A program made the translations under genes and the position numbers. DNA of 64,000 nucleotides from the human T2T-CHM13v2.0 reference genome, Homo sapiens: assembly GCF_009914755.1 (NCBI RefSeq), contig NC_060939.1; one strand, written 5' to 3'. The notes beneath the pieces are model-generated. The model was not told the origin of the DNA and searched no databases. It saw nothing but the letters and a program-made list of their open reading frames with translations. Each line of letters opens with the position of its first letter. Positions within the stretch are counted from its first letter, which is position 1. Shown piece by piece: positions 62,480 to 64,000 of the stretch.

Positions 62480-64000
62480 TGGAGTATTTATTCAAGAGAA
62501 ATGGCTGAATCTCGATACGAACAACGAGTTTTGTGGTGTTTTAACTTGCCCTATTCCTATCTCCCCCTTCCGTCTCTGTTGTATCCTTGAAAACCAACAG
62601 TATACAATGAAGGTGAAAAGTAGCAGCCTGGAAGCCACTAGAGGGGGCAGAATGGGGTTAGAACTCCTTCAAAGCCTCATTCCCAGAGAATTGTCATTAT
62701 TTGACCTGGCAGGCAGGTCCCTGGAAGACCTCATTTGCAAGACTGTCTTTATTTTACCGGATTGGAGCTTGCCAGGTGTGAAAAGCCTTTTTCCCAGGGA
62801 CATTAGTCAAGAGAGACTCAGAGGCAATTGGTTAATTTTGTGGTTGCCTCAAGTGGTGGCTAAGCTTTGGAGCAGACAATAGGCTAACCAAAAACGTAAA
62901 AGGAAAAGCTTGGGAATGAGATGTCCATAGGGACCTTGAAAAGCTCTGGTATTCTTGGGAATTCAGATGGTCATGTGTATGTGTAGAGCTTTGCATATGC
63001 CAAGGGTTATACTCCTGCTCAGGAAAGACTTAAGAACATCTTGAGCTGTCACCATCGGTTGACCCTGACACACAAGCAGAAAGTGAGGCCAAAGGCAGCT
63101 TCCTTCCTGTCGTCTTCCTGGCTCAGTGTTGAAGGGGTGCTCCAACATGCACCCAGAGCCCTTAGCACAGACTTGGAGATGTAGCACAGTAAGAAAACTC
63201 CCTTAGTGGCATTTAGGGAAATTTCTGTCCAATCATTAGCTGACCACTAAACAACCCTAGCAGAGACTTCAGTATCCACGCACTATAAAGAATATAGACT
63301 TTACTGAATTAGTTCAGAATAGTCACTAAACAAGCCAAAAACCCAGCAAGTACATCAAACCCTTAGCAAGGAAATAAAAAGCTAGGTATGATTTCCAGAG
63401 TTGCCACATTGTTCTTTGAAATGTCCAGTTTTCCACAGAAAAATTATGAGACACATAAAGAAGAAAGTATGTTCCATACATGGGAGGAATAAAAAATAGA
63501 CACCTGAGGAAGTCTAGACATTGGATTTTTAGATGAAGACTTTAAATTGGCTATTTTAAATAGGTTCAGAGAACTAAAGAAAAATAATGTGTAAAGAACT
63601 AAAAGTATGAAAATGTCTCACTAAATAGAAAATGAAAAATTATTTTTAAAAGAACCAAATATAAATCATGAAGTTGAAAATACAATAACTGAAATGAAAA
63701 ATTCATGAGAGGAACTCTATCTAGTCTGAGAAACAGAAAAAAGAATAAAGAAAAATGAATAGAGCCTCAGAGAGCTGTGGCACACCATCATGCATACCAA
63801 TATATGCATAATTGGAGTCCCAGACGAGAGGAGAGAAAGAGGTAGAATATTTTAAAAAAAAATAATGGCCAAAGACTGAAATTTGATGAAAAGCATTGAT
63901 TTACATACCCAAGAAGCTCAATGAACCTTAAGTAGTATAAACTCAAGAGATCCGTGCCTGGATACAAAATCACACTGTGTACCAAAGCATCTTGGAAGCA
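62480..64000 (+). mobile_element. Old L1M 5' region/ORF1, runs off the window end
   Basis: ttccagagttgccacatt, cagagagctgtggcacaccatca, ccaagaagctcaatgaacc motifs. Confidence 0.75.

Noticed and set aside
62442-62882. 146-aa plus-strand ORF
   Set aside because: Lies in an old L1M 5' region; no domain or splice support

Overview
Primate genomic DNA, almost certainly human given an AluYb8 insertion. The window holds the 3' half of the leucine-rich-repeat gene LRRC28 on the + strand. Five coding exons (5728-5934, 24174-24276, 33141-33316, 34911-35070, 57822-57894) splice in frame through canonical AG/GT sites and end at TGA-TAA, followed by a long Alu-containing 3' UTR. The rest is repeat-rich intron: a Ricksha (MULE) DNA transposon, about a dozen Alus, old L1M/L2/MIR relics, a nested MaLR/ERV LTR cluster, and a near-full-length antisense L1PA. 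I cannot support a new multi-gene system here. The strongest leads are (i) an L1PA whose 5' UTR lacks what looks like a precise GT-AG intron, i.e. a spliced integrated element; (ii) a poly(A)-only retroposition scar; (iii) an inverted-Alu pair in the 3' UTR split by an AATAAA; (iv) a candidate UG-repeat/TDP-43 cryptic exon; (v) a BC-box plus Cys-rich tail whose ligands are split by a weak splice donor; (vi) several short local duplications. Gene identity and repeat subfamily names come from recall of consensus sequences, not database searches. Boundaries of old repeats are approximate.
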